Assembly: GCA_038064695.1 (NCBI GenBank)
Contig: JBBTSO010000004.1
Span: forward strand, 15,792-79,791
Reading direction: 5' to 3'
DNA: 64,000 nucleotides
Source: Patescibacteria group bacterium
GTDB taxonomy: Bacteria > Patescibacteriota > Minisyncoccia > Phycocordibacterales > Phycocordibacteraceae
Part shown: in pieces, positions 28,648 through 41,153 of the stretch
How positions within the stretch are numbered: the first letter of the stretch is position 1
Layout of the letters: each line of letters starts with the position of its first letter
Position numbers and translations under genes: made by a program
The notes under the pieces: model-generated
What the model saw: only the letters and a program-made list of their open reading frames with translations
What the model was told of the DNA's origin: nothing
Database searches by the model: none

Positions 28648-29330
28648 AAAAATTAGTATCCAGTATCCAGTATCCAGTATCCAGGGAAGCGCACAAGCGG
28701 GACGTTTTTCATACTCAATACTCAATACTCAATATCCAATACTCCAGTGTGAAGCCCGGCTTCACGTTGATTGAAATGATGGTGGCTGTTTCTATTTTTT
28801 CAATTGTTATGTTAATTGGCGTCGGTGCGCTGCTTTCACTCGTTGACGCCAACCGTCGCGCGCAGGCAATAAATTCTGTTATCAATAACATGAATGCAGC
28901 GTTAGAAAGTATGTCGCGCTCAGTTCGTGTGGGAACTACCTACCACTGCCGTACGAACGCGGTGGTGCCGAGTCCTGAAGAAATTTCTGAAACGCAAGAC
29001 TGCGCAGCTGGCGGAGGGTTACTGCTTGCTTTTGAGGCGTCAGACGGTGATCGCTCTGACCCTGAAGATCAAATTGTGTACCGACTCAACACGCTTCAGT
29101 CGCAGTTAGAACGTTCACTTGATTCGGGGGCAACGTGGGTTGCACTCACTGCACCTGAAGTGACCATAGAGTCGTTTGAATTTTTTGTCATAGGATCTTC
29201 ACCACTCTCCGCGGGAGATGCCATTCAACCGCGCGTGCTTATGAAGATCCGTGGATCGGCGCCCGTACCGGGAGGTTCAACCAATTTCAGCGTGCAGGCG
29301 TCAGTGACACAGAGAATTATTGATATATGA
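28644..29330 (+). CDS. Minor pilin (PilW-like) with repeat-expanded leader
   Basis: G|FTLIEMMVAV after a 39-aa leader. Confidence 0.9.
   Translation: MKKLVSSIQYPVSREAHKRDVFHTQYSILNIQYSSVKPGFTLIEMMVAVSIFSIVMLIGVGALLSLVDANRRAQAINSVINNMNAALESMSRSVRVGTTYHCRTNAVVPSPEEISETQDCAAGGGLLLAFEASDGDRSDPEDQIVYRLNTLQSQLERSLDSGATWVALTAPEVTIESFEFFVIGSSPLSAGDAIQPRVLMKIRGSAPVPGGSTNFSVQASVTQRIIDI
28655..28747 (+). repeat. Heptamer cassette in pilin leader, copy 1
   Basis: (AGTATCC)x4, spacer, (ACTCAAT)-like x5. Confidence 0.9.
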
Positions 29331-29970
29331 AAAAATTAGTATCCAGTATCCAGTATCCAGTATCCAGGGAAACGCAAAAGCGGGACGTTTTTCATACTCA
29401 ATACTCTCTACGGGGTTTCACTTCGACCAGAGAGGGAGAAAATGAAAACGAGTTTTCATTTTTCCCGAACGCCGTCGAAGCAAAAGCGCAACGCGCTTTT
29501 ACGCTGATAGAAACATTGGTGGCTATTTCTATTCTCCTTCTTTCGCTCGCTGCTCCACTTTCCATTGCGGCACAATCACTACGCTCTGCCTATTACGCAC
29601 GAGATCAAATCACCGCGTTCTATCTTGCACAAGAGGCCGTGGAGTACGTGCGGGCGGTGCGTGACCAGAATTACCTCGGCGGTATTCCATGGCTCACGGG
29701 GATTGAAGATTGTGTTGATACAACGTGCGCGGTTGATTTCACCAACTTTAGTCATGAAGTGTGCGCAGGTGACTGCCCACTCCTTTTGCTTGGAAACACC
29801 TCAGGTCTCTTTAACCTAAGTTCAGGAGACCCAACGATCTATCGTCGCACCTTGGAAATAAACTCCATCGAAGGAATATCGGACGAGGTGACCGTGTTGG
29901 TTCGTGTCTCGTGGCAGAGCGGAAAAATAGAACGAGAGTTTGAAGTTCAAGAACAACTCTTTAATTGGCT

Positions 29971-29974
<4 letters not shown>
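29327..29974 (+). CDS. Minor pilin (PilV-like) with repeat- and element-expanded leader
   Basis: RGFT...A|FTLIETLVAI; AFYLAQEAVE. Confidence 0.9.
29338..29409 (+). repeat. Heptamer cassette in pilin leader, copy 2
   Basis: (AGTATCC)x4, spacer, (ACTCAAT)-like x2. Confidence 0.9.
29421..29501 (+). mobile_element. 81-nt in-frame structured element at the prepilin cleavage codons
   Basis: TTCA|CTTCGAC-CAGAGAG-hairpin-CGAACG-CC-GTCGAAG-CAAAAGCG..CGCTTTTA|; removal restores RGFTLIE. Confidence 0.75.
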
Positions 29975-32627
<2,653 letters not shown>

Positions 32628-32651
32628 TTTTGTTACGATGCCTGTACGAAT

Positions 32652-32948
32652 ATGGCTATTTCAAAAGACGAGGTAAAAAAACTTGCAGAGCTCTCTCGTT
32701 TGGAACTCACTGATGCCGAGGTTGAAAAAATGCAACACGATATAGACGCGGTAATTTCCTACGTTGATACGTTGCAAACGGTAGACCTCCCTGAAGTCCC
32801 CGAAGGCACCATTTACTTTGATGAGGTAAACGTGATGCGTGAAGACGGTGACGCACTCCCTGGAGACGCGTTTACTGACGCGCTTCTTGCTCAGGCGCCG
32901 CGTCGTCAGGGGCGATTCGTGAAAGTGAAAAAAATTCTTGGCTCATAA
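32652..32948 (+). CDS. gatC: Asp/Glu-tRNA amidotransferase subunit C
   Basis: ISKDEVKKLAELSRL, NVMRED; upstream of gatA. Confidence 0.92.
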   Translation: MAISKDEVKKLAELSRLELTDAEVEKMQHDIDAVISYVDTLQTVDLPEVPEGTIYFDEVNVMREDGDALPGDAFTDALLAQAPRRQGRFVKVKKILGS

Positions 32949-34359
32949 TATGGATACAAAAAAACTTTCAGCTAAAGCAATCGCCGAAGGCATACGAACA
33001 AAGCAGTTTTCTGCTGTTGAAGTGACTCGCGCGTACTTAAAAAATATTGAAGCACAAAATACCACGCTCAATGCGCTCCTTGAGGTGTTTGATGATGCTG
33101 AAAAAAATGCCGCGCGCGTTGATGAACTCATTGCAAAAGGAGAAGTGACTTCGCCGCTCTCAGGTGTGCCTATGGTGGTTAAAGATAATATTTTAATTGA
33201 GGGGAAAATAGCGAGCGCGGCGTCTCGTATGCTCGCCACTCACCGAGCGCCGTATGACGCGACCGCAATTTCAAAATTAAAAAAAGCGGGAGTTGTTTTT
33301 TTAGGGAGAGCAAATATGGACGAATTTGCGATGGGTTCTTCAACGGAAAATTCCGCGTACGGTCCAAGTAAAAATCCGTTTGATGTTACGCGTGTCCCTG
33401 GAGGATCTTCGGGCGGGTCTGCGTCAGCAGTTGCGGCCGACCTTGTTCCTGTTTCGCTTGGGTCTGAGACGTGTGGTTCTATTCGTCAGCCCGCATCACT
33501 CTGTGGATTGGTTGGTTTGAAACCGACGTACGGCGCTATTTCGCGGTACGGTTTGATTGCGATGGGTTCTTCGCTTGATCAAATTGGTCCACTTTCTCAT
33601 ACCGTGGATGACAGCGAATTACTTTTTGAAGCGATGAAGGGTCACGACGATATGGATAGCACGAGTTTACCCGACGACGGAGAAGTGGCGACGCCAAAGA
33701 ATAAAAAAATTGGAATTCCTCGTGAGTTTGTAAAAGACGCGGCACCCGCAGTGCAAGAGGTATTTGAAAAATCGCTCGCGACACTCCGTGAGCGCGGGTA
33801 TGAAATTGTAGATATTGAATTTCCCTCAGCACCGTTTGGACTTGCCGCGTACTACATCGTGATGCCCGCAGAAGTGTCTACCAACCTTGCACGACTCGAT
33901 GGAGTTCGCTACGGGTTGCACGTGGAGGGGAAGGACCTGTTGGACGAGTATAAAAAATCGCGCCGCGAAGGATTTGGTCCAGAAACGCGCCGTCGCATCA
34001 TTCTTGGCGCGTACGTACTTTCTTCAGGGTACTACGATGCCTATTATCGACGAGCAACGGCGCTCCGTAGCGTTATTGCCAAAGATTTAGAGCGAGCATT
34101 TGCAGACGTTTCATACATCGCAACTCCGACGACGCCAAACGCGGCATTTAAAATTGGTGAGAAGAGCGACCCGCTTTCTATGTACCTTGAAGACGTGTTT
34201 GCCGCGCCAGCAAACTTAACGGGTATTCCTGCTATTTCTGTTCCGCATCAAACGATTGTGCGCGACGGAGTAACCCTTCCTGTAGGGATTCAATTTATGA
34301 GTCCGAAGCGCACTGAAAAAACACTCTTTACTATTGCGCGCGATTTGATGGAGGGGTAA
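32938..34359 (+). CDS. gatA: Asp/Glu-tRNA amidotransferase subunit A
   Basis: KDN, NMDEFAMGSS, GGSSGGS, SIRQPAS. Confidence 0.97.
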   Translation: MAHNMDTKKLSAKAIAEGIRTKQFSAVEVTRAYLKNIEAQNTTLNALLEVFDDAEKNAARVDELIAKGEVTSPLSGVPMVVKDNILIEGKIASAASRMLATHRAPYDATAISKLKKAGVVFLGRANMDEFAMGSSTENSAYGPSKNPFDVTRVPGGSSGGSASAVAADLVPVSLGSETCGSIRQPASLCGLVGLKPTYGAISRYGLIAMGSSLDQIGPLSHTVDDSELLFEAMKGHDDMDSTSLPDDGEVATPKNKKIGIPREFVKDAAPAVQEVFEKSLATLRERGYEIVDIEFPSAPFGLAAYYIVMPAEVSTNLARLDGVRYGLHVEGKDLLDEYKKSRREGFGPETRRRIILGAYVLSSGYYDAYYRRATALRSVIAKDLERAFADVSYIATPTTPNAAFKIGEKSDPLSMYLEDVFAAPANLTGIPAISVPHQTIVRDGVTLPVGIQFMSPKRTEKTLFTIARDLMEG

Positions 34360-34388
34360 GAGAATTTTTCTTGATACTATAGAGAGGA

Positions 34389-35069
34389 ATGGACTGGCTA
34401 CACTTTTTAAACCTTCAGTTTTGGTATTGTGTCATTTACTCACTCTTCGGAGGGGAGTGTACCTATGTAAACGAAAATGGTGAAGTGGTTCCGGTGGTAC
34501 AAGCGCCGCCGACAGAACAGGTTGGTTTTTTTGAATCTATAGTGAACGCATTTTCTTCAGGGGGGAGCGCGGTGTGGGATTCAGTTTCCGGTGTACTTTT
34601 TTTTCTGTGGGACGCGTTCAGCGCGCTCTCGTGGACATTCTCCACGTTACTTTTCATTGCTATCCTTGCAACGCTTGGAGGATTGGCATGGGTTCGTTTT
34701 CGTGAACTCTCTCAGTACGGAGTGCTTCCTCCTAAAACCGAAGCTGAGCGTGCGATGCGTGATCAATGGAATGAGCTTCTTGAGGGAGCACTCTCTTCTG
34801 ACCCTAAGGAGTGGCGCGAATCAATTCTCGCCGCTGACCGTATGCTCGGCGACCTTCTTGGAGCACTCGGTATTCAAGGCGCGACTACCCCAGACAAAAT
34901 GCGTATGCTTCCTGAAGACGCGTTTCAAACAGTGCCCCAAGCGTGGGAAGCACACCGCGTGCGAAATTTTATTTCAAGCGGTGCCTCTGATTTTATTTTG
35001 ACGCAACGCGAAGCGTTTCGCGTGATGAAGCTCTATGAGCAAGTTTTTGAAGAGCATCGGTATATTTAA
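34389..35069 (+). CDS. Hypothetical membrane protein
   Basis: TM segments, C-terminal ILAAD..L / AWEAHRVRN helical domain. Confidence 0.7.
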   Translation: MDWLHFLNLQFWYCVIYSLFGGECTYVNENGEVVPVVQAPPTEQVGFFESIVNAFSSGGSAVWDSVSGVLFFLWDAFSALSWTFSTLLFIAILATLGGLAWVRFRELSQYGVLPPKTEAERAMRDQWNELLEGALSSDPKEWRESILAADRMLGDLLGALGIQGATTPDKMRMLPEDAFQTVPQAWEAHRVRNFISSGASDFILTQREAFRVMKLYEQVFEEHRYI

Positions 35070-35071
35070 AA

Positions 35072-35182
35072 AAGTTGATAGTGGTTAGTGGTCGGTGGTT
35101 AGCATAGTAAACCTTGAAACAATTAGAAAAAAGAGTAGAATAGTCTTACCTAGAAACTAGCCACTAGTATCTAGCAACTAGT
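35072..35182. repeat. Bipartite inverted heptamer repeat enclosing a promoter
   Basis: (TAGTGGT)-like x5 and (AACTAGC)-like x5 around TTGAAA-16 nt-TAGAAT. Confidence 0.75.
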
Positions 35183-35184
35183 AT

Positions 35185-35255
35185 AGCGGGGTAGAGGAGA
35201 GGTACCTCGGGAGGCTCATAACCTCCAGACCCTGGTTCGATTCCAGGCCCCGCAA
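35185..35255 (+). tRNA. tRNA-Met (CAT), probable initiator
   Basis: AGCGGGG/CCCCGCA with 1:72 mismatch; GGAGG CT CAT AA CCTCC. Confidence 0.9.
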
Positions 35256-35486
35256 CAAACAAAAAAAGCACCGCAAGGTGCTTTTTTGATTGTAGACGGG
35301 GCAGCAAGACAAAAGTTTGTCTTGCGTCTAGAATCGAACGGGAGGGGGTCGGGGAACGGGAGTTCCCCGTATAGGAAGGCAGGACGAAGTCCGTTGGAAA
35401 ACCGTTGGTTTCCAAAGAGTGAGATAGCAAAGCGTCCAGGCCCCGCAACAAAATAAAAAACGCCGCGAGGCGTTTTTTCTGTTTTT
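35256..35486 (+). repeat. tRNA 3'-end mirror/duplication cassette
   Basis: Terminator, split antisense of acceptor/T-arm (35297-35339), structured body, 18-bp direct repeat 35435-52 of 35242-59, second terminator. Confidence 0.8.
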
Positions 35487-35507
35487 TATGGTACCGTAGC
35501 AGTAATT

Positions 35508-36230
35508 ATGCAAGCACTGATTCTCGCCGCGGGGAAGGGAACGCGAATGCGGCCGCTCACTGACGACAGGCCAAAACCGATGGTGCACCTTTTAGGGAAG
35601 CCAATTCTCGCGCACGCTATTGAGTGCTTACCAAAAGAAATTACTGAGGTGGTGGTGGTTATCGGGTACCACGGGGAAAAAATTAAAGAATACTTCGGGT
35701 CTTCGTATAACGAAAGAGCAATTTCATACGTTGAGCAACGTGAAAACAAAGGCCCTGCTCACGCGCTCTTCACGGCGCGTGAAGCTCTCACCTCAGACCC
35801 GTTTTTACTTGCTGCAGGTGACAATGTAAATGTGTTTTCAATTCCGTCATACATACACCCCGGCTCGTACGTACTCTACGTGCACTCGCACCAAGAGCCA
35901 TACCGTTTTGGAGTAGTGGAGTTAACTGAAGACGGAAAACGGGTAAAAAATATAGAAGAGAAACCAGAAAGCCCTGCGTCTAACCTCATCAGCACGGGAA
36001 CTATGATTTTAGGGAAAGATGTATTTAACCTTTCGCTTACTCTTCACAAAGAGCGAGGAGAATATTTTATGCCTCCGGTCGTGATGCAGGCAGTTTCGGA
36101 AGGAATCCCGGTGTCTGTTGAAGAACAGACGTTGTGGATAGGGGTTGATTCGCCAGGAGATATACCTGTTGCGGAGCTTGAACTAGCGCGTTTTTTAGAA
36201 AAAAAAGGTTTGGGGAAAAACGACGCCTGA
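35508..36230 (+). CDS. Sugar-phosphate nucleotidyltransferase
   Basis: LAAGKGTRMRPLT..PKPM, IEEKP. Confidence 0.92.
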   Translation: MQALILAAGKGTRMRPLTDDRPKPMVHLLGKPILAHAIECLPKEITEVVVVIGYHGEKIKEYFGSSYNERAISYVEQRENKGPAHALFTAREALTSDPFLLAAGDNVNVFSIPSYIHPGSYVLYVHSHQEPYRFGVVELTEDGKRVKNIEEKPESPASNLISTGTMILGKDVFNLSLTLHKERGEYFMPPVVMQAVSEGIPVSVEEQTLWIGVDSPGDIPVAELELARFLEKKGLGKNDA

Positions 36231-36250
36231 TGGTATTATCAACATTATTG

Positions 36251-36324
36251 GTCGACATAGCTCAGATGGTTAGAGCGTGGGACTCATAAGCCCAAGGTCG
36301 GAGGTTCGATTCCTCCTGTCGACA
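36251..36324 (+). tRNA. tRNA with CAT anticodon, probable elongator Met
   Basis: GTCGACA/TGTCGAC-A; CT CAT AA loop. Confidence 0.88.
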
Positions 36325-36384
36325 CTCTTTTCAATCCACAAGATAAAAAATTGTGTTTTAAATTTTTTATGGTAGTCTTTTCCA

Positions 36385-37443
36385 ATGGGGGATATACCTA
36401 TTCCATTTGGCCTCACGTTTGATGATGTGCTCCTTGAGCCTCGCAAGACCTCTGTCATGCGAAACGAGGCTTCGGTCAAAACTCAGTTTTCAAAAAATAT
36501 AACCATTGATATTCCGCTTATTGCAGCGGCGTCTGACACTGTGAGTGAGCCCGCGCTCGCCATCGCGCTCGCCAAAGCCGGAGGCATCGCGGTACTTCAC
36601 CGTAACTGTAGTGTTGAAGACCAGCTTGCCATGGTACGCGAGGTAAAAAAGGCAGGAGTAAAAGTAGCAGCGGCAATTGGTCCCACTGATGTAGAGCGCG
36701 CGCGCCTCCTTGATGAAGCGGGGGTTGACGCGGTAGTGATGGACTGCGCGCATGCTCATGCTCCAGGTATTATTGAAGCAGCGAAGAAAATAAAATCATT
36801 TCTCAAAGCAGACTTTGTGGTGGGGAACATAGTGACCGCGGAGGCGGCGCGCGATTTTGCTCCGTACGCGGACGCGTTTAAAGTTGGCATCGGACCTGGT
36901 TCTATTTGCACTACGCGCATTGTGAGTGGTGTGGGAGTTCCCCAGCTCACCGCTATTCAAAATGTTGTTTCAGTTGCACACAAAAAACAAATTCCTGTTA
37001 TTGCGGACGGCGGTATTCGCGCCTCGGGAGATATGGTTAAAGCGTTTGCCATGGGAGCGTCATCAGTTATGCTCGGCTCGCTCTTTGCGGGAACCGAAGA
37101 AGCGCCTGGCGACGTCGTTGTCGTGTCGGGGAAAAAATATAAAGTGTATCGCGGGATGGGAAGCAAGGAGGCGCTAGAAAAACGCCACGCGGTTGATCGT
37201 TATGCGCAAGATGTGGGCAACCACACACCCGAAGGAATTTCAGGAATGGTCCCGTTTCGGGGCACGGTGAAAGAGTTCACGAATCAGATGGTGAATGGCA
37301 TACGGTCAGGAATGGGATACATAGGCGCGCCCACCATTTCCGATATTAAAAAGCAGGCGCGGTTTATTCGCATTACGTCTGCTGGACTTATGGAGTCGCA
37401 CCCCCACTCGCTCACCATGCGTCCGGAGCGCGAAGAACAATAG
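36385..37443 (+). CDS. guaB: IMP dehydrogenase family enzyme (no CBS domains)
   Basis: [31 protein letters not shown]. Confidence 0.9.
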   Translation: MGDIPIPFGLTFDDVLLEPRKTSVMRNEASVKTQFSKNITIDIPLIAAASDTVSEPALAIALAKAGGIAVLHRNCSVEDQLAMVREVKKAGVKVAAAIGPTDVERARLLDEAGVDAVVMDCAHAHAPGIIEAAKKIKSFLKADFVVGNIVTAEAARDFAPYADAFKVGIGPGSICTTRIVSGVGVPQLTAIQNVVSVAHKKQIPVIADGGIRASGDMVKAFAMGASSVMLGSLFAGTEEAPGDVVVVSGKKYKVYRGMGSKEALEKRHAVDRYAQDVGNHTPEGISGMVPFRGTVKEFTNQMVNGIRSGMGYIGAPTISDIKKQARFIRITSAGLMESHPHSLTMRPEREEQ

Positions 37444-37444
37444 T

Positions 37445-38437
37445 ATGAATGCACTTAGTCCAAAAAAAGCAGAACTTCACACACATCTTGGCGCCGCGGT
37501 AGACCCCGTGGTCTTGTGGACTATCGCGCACCAACAAGGTATTCGTCTGCCTGTGCGCAACTATTGGGATTTTCAGAAAATGATCACCATGTCGGGTGAT
37601 AAAAAAAACGAATCACTCCACGCGATGGATAAAGATTTTTTCCACTGGACTGAACTTATTCAGTCGTCGCCCGAAGCACTTGAAATGTCGGTCCACTCAG
37701 TGATTGGGGGAGGGTATCGAAAATGTAATTTGACGCTCCAAGAACTTCGCTTTAACCCTATGCTCAGAAATCGTGCCGGTGAGCGTGACCTAGATCACAT
37801 TATTCTTGCGGCGCTGTGGGGTATGCGTCGCGCGGTTTTGGAATATCCGGAAGTAAAAGCGGGAGTTATTTTGATGATGGATAGGCGATTCTCACTTACG
37901 CAAAACGAAATTATTGTAGAAAAGGCAATTCGCTACATGAACGATGGCATCATCGGCGTTGACGTAGCGGGGCCTGACCACCCTACATTTTCTATGGAAG
38001 CGCACGCGCCACTGTTTGAGCGCGCACGAAACGCGGGGTTGGGAATTACGGTACACACGGGCGAAGTGGGCAACATTGATGAAATGGAGTACGTTATCAA
38101 GAACATTAAACCGGATCGCATCGGCCACGGCGTTATGGCTGCAGCACACCCACACCTCCTTGAGCTATTGCGTTCAAGTGGCATTACGCTTGAAGTGTGT
38201 CCTACCTCAAACTTACGAAATAGCGTTCTTCCTGACGTGGAGACGTTAAAACGCACACTACGCACGTTTATAGACAGTGGGGTCGCGTTCACTATAAACA
38301 CCGATGGACCGGAGATGTACCAGACCAATGTGCTCAACGAAGAAATGTTTCTGCAGTCAGAAGGAATTTTAAGTGAAGCAGAAGTTGCTACCTGCACCGA
38401 ACGCGCATTCAACGCGTCATTTATTAAAACATCGTGA
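37445..38437 (+). CDS. Adenosine/AMP deaminase family protein
   Basis: ELHTHL, TVHTGE, RIGHG, CPTSN, NTD. Confidence 0.9.
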   Translation: MNALSPKKAELHTHLGAAVDPVVLWTIAHQQGIRLPVRNYWDFQKMITMSGDKKNESLHAMDKDFFHWTELIQSSPEALEMSVHSVIGGGYRKCNLTLQELRFNPMLRNRAGERDLDHIILAALWGMRRAVLEYPEVKAGVILMMDRRFSLTQNEIIVEKAIRYMNDGIIGVDVAGPDHPTFSMEAHAPLFERARNAGLGITVHTGEVGNIDEMEYVIKNIKPDRIGHGVMAAAHPHLLELLRSSGITLEVCPTSNLRNSVLPDVETLKRTLRTFIDSGVAFTINTDGPEMYQTNVLNEEMFLQSEGILSEAEVATCTERAFNASFIKTS

Positions 38438-39978
38438 GCCCTATGAAACACGACTCAATTGCGGTTTTAGATTTTGGTTCTCAGTATAGCCACCTCATCG
38501 TACGCCGCATCAGAGAATTAGGTGTTCACGCTGAACTTCTCTCGCCGCACATGAAGGCAAGCGAACTAAAAGAGTACAAAGGAATTATTTTTTCAGGAGG
38601 ACCTCAAAACCTTTCTGACTCGGACGCGCTCATTGCCGACATCGCCATTTACGCGCTTCCCGTGCCTCTCTTGGGTATTTGCTACGGGTTGCAGTTGATG
38701 GCGCACCAGTTGGGGGGAAGTGTAGGTGCGGGGAAAGAACGAGAATATGGGCCTACCGACGTAACTATTACTGAAACTACAGGTTTATTTGCAGGACTCA
38801 ATGCCACCGAGCGCGTGTGGATGTCTCACGGAGATTATGTCGCAACAGTTCCCGAAGGATTTACGGTCACTGCATTTTCTCCCACGTGTCCGACCGCGGG
38901 GATGATGAATGAAAAAACGAAACGATATGGAATCCAGTTTCACCCCGAGGTGGTGCATACCAAAAACGGAATGCGCGTTCTTGAAAATTTTATTGCCATA
39001 ACGGGCGCGAACAAAACGTGGTCGCTCAATGAGGGATGGATTGAAGAACAGGTGTCACGCATCAGAACTCAGGTAGGGGATAGTCGCGTTTTGTGTGCGC
39101 TCTCGGGAGGCGTTGACTCTTCCGTCGCCGCATTTTTGGTGCACCGCGCGGTGGGGAGCCAGCTAACGTGTGTCTATGTAGACACGGGGTTAATGAGGAA
39201 GAACGAAACGCAGGAAGTACGTGATGCGTTTGCCGCTCTTCCCGACTTGGATTTTCGCGTCATAGAGGCCGAAAGCGTGTTTTTGGAAAAGCTAGCGGGA
39301 GTTACCGAGCCAGAAGAAAAAAGAAAAATTATTGGCGAAACGTTCATTCGCATTTTTGAGAAAGAGGCAAAAACCATTGGTGACGCAGAATTTTTAGTTC
39401 AAGGAACGCTCTACACTGACGTCATTACCTCGGGCGTTTCCGTAGGAGGTGTTGCGGCAAAAATAAAGTCTCACCACAACGTGGGCGGACTACCCAAGGA
39501 TCTTTCATTTTCATTGATTGAACCACTCCGCGACCTCTACAAAGATGAAGTTCGCATGCTCGGGCGTGCCCTCGGCGTTCCTCTCACTATCGTGGAGCGC
39601 CAACCGTTTCCTGGTCCAGGGCTTGCTGTTCGCATTATTGGAGACATCACTCCTGATCGTTTACATATTTTGCGCGAAGCAGACGCCATTTTTAGAGAAG
39701 AAATAAAAAATGCAAACCTCGGAAGTGCTATTCAGCAGTATTTTACGGTGCTCCCCGTCGTGCGTTCAGTGGGGGTGCAGGGGGACGCGCGTACCTATGG
39801 ATATCCCATTATTTTGCGTGCAGTTACCACAACCGACTTTATGACTGCCGACTGGGCGCGCATTCCGTACGAGGTGTTGGAAAAAATTTCAACGCGCATC
39901 ACGAACGAAGTAAAAGACGTTACCCGCGTGGTGTACGACATCACTCCCAAACCTCCCGGAACCGTAGAGTGGGAGTAG
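38434..39978 (+). CDS. guaA: GMP synthase (glutamine-hydrolysing)
   Basis: DFGSQY, GICYG, QFHPE, SGGVDS, KPPGTVEWE. Confidence 0.98.
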   Translation: MSPMKHDSIAVLDFGSQYSHLIVRRIRELGVHAELLSPHMKASELKEYKGIIFSGGPQNLSDSDALIADIAIYALPVPLLGICYGLQLMAHQLGGSVGAGKEREYGPTDVTITETTGLFAGLNATERVWMSHGDYVATVPEGFTVTAFSPTCPTAGMMNEKTKRYGIQFHPEVVHTKNGMRVLENFIAITGANKTWSLNEGWIEEQVSRIRTQVGDSRVLCALSGGVDSSVAAFLVHRAVGSQLTCVYVDTGLMRKNETQEVRDAFAALPDLDFRVIEAESVFLEKLAGVTEPEEKRKIIGETFIRIFEKEAKTIGDAEFLVQGTLYTDVITSGVSVGGVAAKIKSHHNVGGLPKDLSFSLIEPLRDLYKDEVRMLGRALGVPLTIVERQPFPGPGLAVRIIGDITPDRLHILREADAIFREEIKNANLGSAIQQYFTVLPVVRSVGVQGDARTYGYPIILRAVTTTDFMTADWARIPYEVLEKISTRITNEVKDVTRVVYDITPKPPGTVEWE

Positions 39979-40002
39979 GTAGATGTTGCTATACTAGTTG
40001 CT

Positions 40003-40941
40003 ATGGAACTTTTTATATGGATAGGAGTTTTTTTAGCGGCACTCGTCGCGCTCATTAAGGGTGCCGATTGGGTATTGGAGAGCGCACAGAAAATTGGTCT
40101 TGCGCTCGGTATGGCACCGTTTTTGGTCGGAGTGGTTATTGTGGGGTTTGGGACCTCAACACCCGAGTTAGTATCATCACTTTTTGGTATGTGGCAAGGC
40201 GCAACCGAAATTCCCGTCGCAAACGCCGTAGGGTCAAACGTTGCCAATATTCTTCTCATCATTGGTCTTTCGGCGATTTTTTCAAGAGGTGCATTGGCGG
40301 TAAATAAAAACCTTATTGATTTAGAAATTCCGCTCCTTGTTCTCGTTACACTCTTTTTCTACGGCGTTGCGTATGACGGAGTAGTAACCATTGCCGAGTC
40401 AGTGTTTCTTCTTCTCGGCTTCGTCGTGTACCTACTCTATTCATTTTTTCACCGAGACGGAGTGGAGGAGAGTATCGTCACCGAAAAACCAAAGGTATCT
40501 ATAAAAGATATTGCGCTTCTTTTGGTAGGGTTTGTGTTTTTGATTGCGGGCGCCAAGTATTTAATTGACGCGGTGTTGGTGGTGTCAGAAATGGTAGGGA
40601 TTTCAGTGGGCATCATTACTATTCTTGCTGTAGCGGTGGGAACGTCGCTCCCTGAGTTGATTGTGTCTATTAAAGCCGCACTCGCCAAACAGGGTGAAAT
40701 TTCAGTGGGGAATATTTTTGGCTCCAATGTGTTTAATATACTTTTAGTGGTCGGCGTTTCTGGATTATTTGGGACACAAACGTTGGACGCAGCAACGATG
40801 ACGTACGCCCTACCTATGCTCTTGGTGGCCACGTTTGTCTTTATCATTTCAGGTATTTCAAAAAAGATTTACGTCTGGGAAGGCGCCTTCTACATCCTCA
40901 TCTACGCACTCTTTGTCGCCAAAATTTTTGGTTGGGTGTAA
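40003..40941 (+). CDS. Calcium/sodium antiporter (YrbG-like)
   Basis: Two alpha repeats GTS.PE and GSN..N. Confidence 0.93.
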   Translation: MELFIWIGVFLAALVALIKGADWVLESAQKIGLALGMAPFLVGVVIVGFGTSTPELVSSLFGMWQGATEIPVANAVGSNVANILLIIGLSAIFSRGALAVNKNLIDLEIPLLVLVTLFFYGVAYDGVVTIAESVFLLLGFVVYLLYSFFHRDGVEESIVTEKPKVSIKDIALLLVGFVFLIAGAKYLIDAVLVVSEMVGISVGIITILAVAVGTSLPELIVSIKAALAKQGEISVGNIFGSNVFNILLVVGVSGLFGTQTLDAATMTYALPMLLVATFVFIISGISKKIYVWEGAFYILIYALFVAKIFGWV

Positions 40942-40970
40942 TTGAAAAAAGTGGCTTTTTAAGGTATCTT
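40942..40970 (+). promoter_or_regulatory. Sigma70 promoter of the tRNA cluster
   Basis: TTGAAA-17 nt-TATCTT, 8 nt before the first GCAGTCGTA copy. Confidence 0.7.
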
Positions 40971-40978
40971 TTGGGAAC

Positions 40979-41153
40979 GCAGTCGTATGAGTGGCAGCTT
41001 GCAGTCGTAAGCAAAGCTTCCATCTGCTGCGTTCGGGAAAAATAAAAATTTATTTTCATTTTCTCCCTCACTTGCAGTCGCAAGTGAAAGCTTGCGCCTG
41101 CATCATTCGGAGATAATAAATATAAATGTTATTATCCTCTTCATTCGCAGTCG
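40979..41153 (-). repeat. Two tandem 73-nt structured elements plus a short remnant at the tRNA-Asp 5' end
   Basis: GCAGTCG at 40979, 41001, 41074, 41147; units 41008-41080 and 41081-41153. Confidence 0.8.

Noticed and set aside
35164-35588. ORFs across tRNA-Met and its cassette (likewise 41194-41556, 8948-9142, 17440-17772)
   Set aside because: They overlap tRNA genes and show no protein-like features.
32652-37443. Missing gatB and CBS-less IMPDH as anomalies
   Set aside because: gatB can be encoded elsewhere and CBS-less IMPDHs are common; neither is informative from one window.
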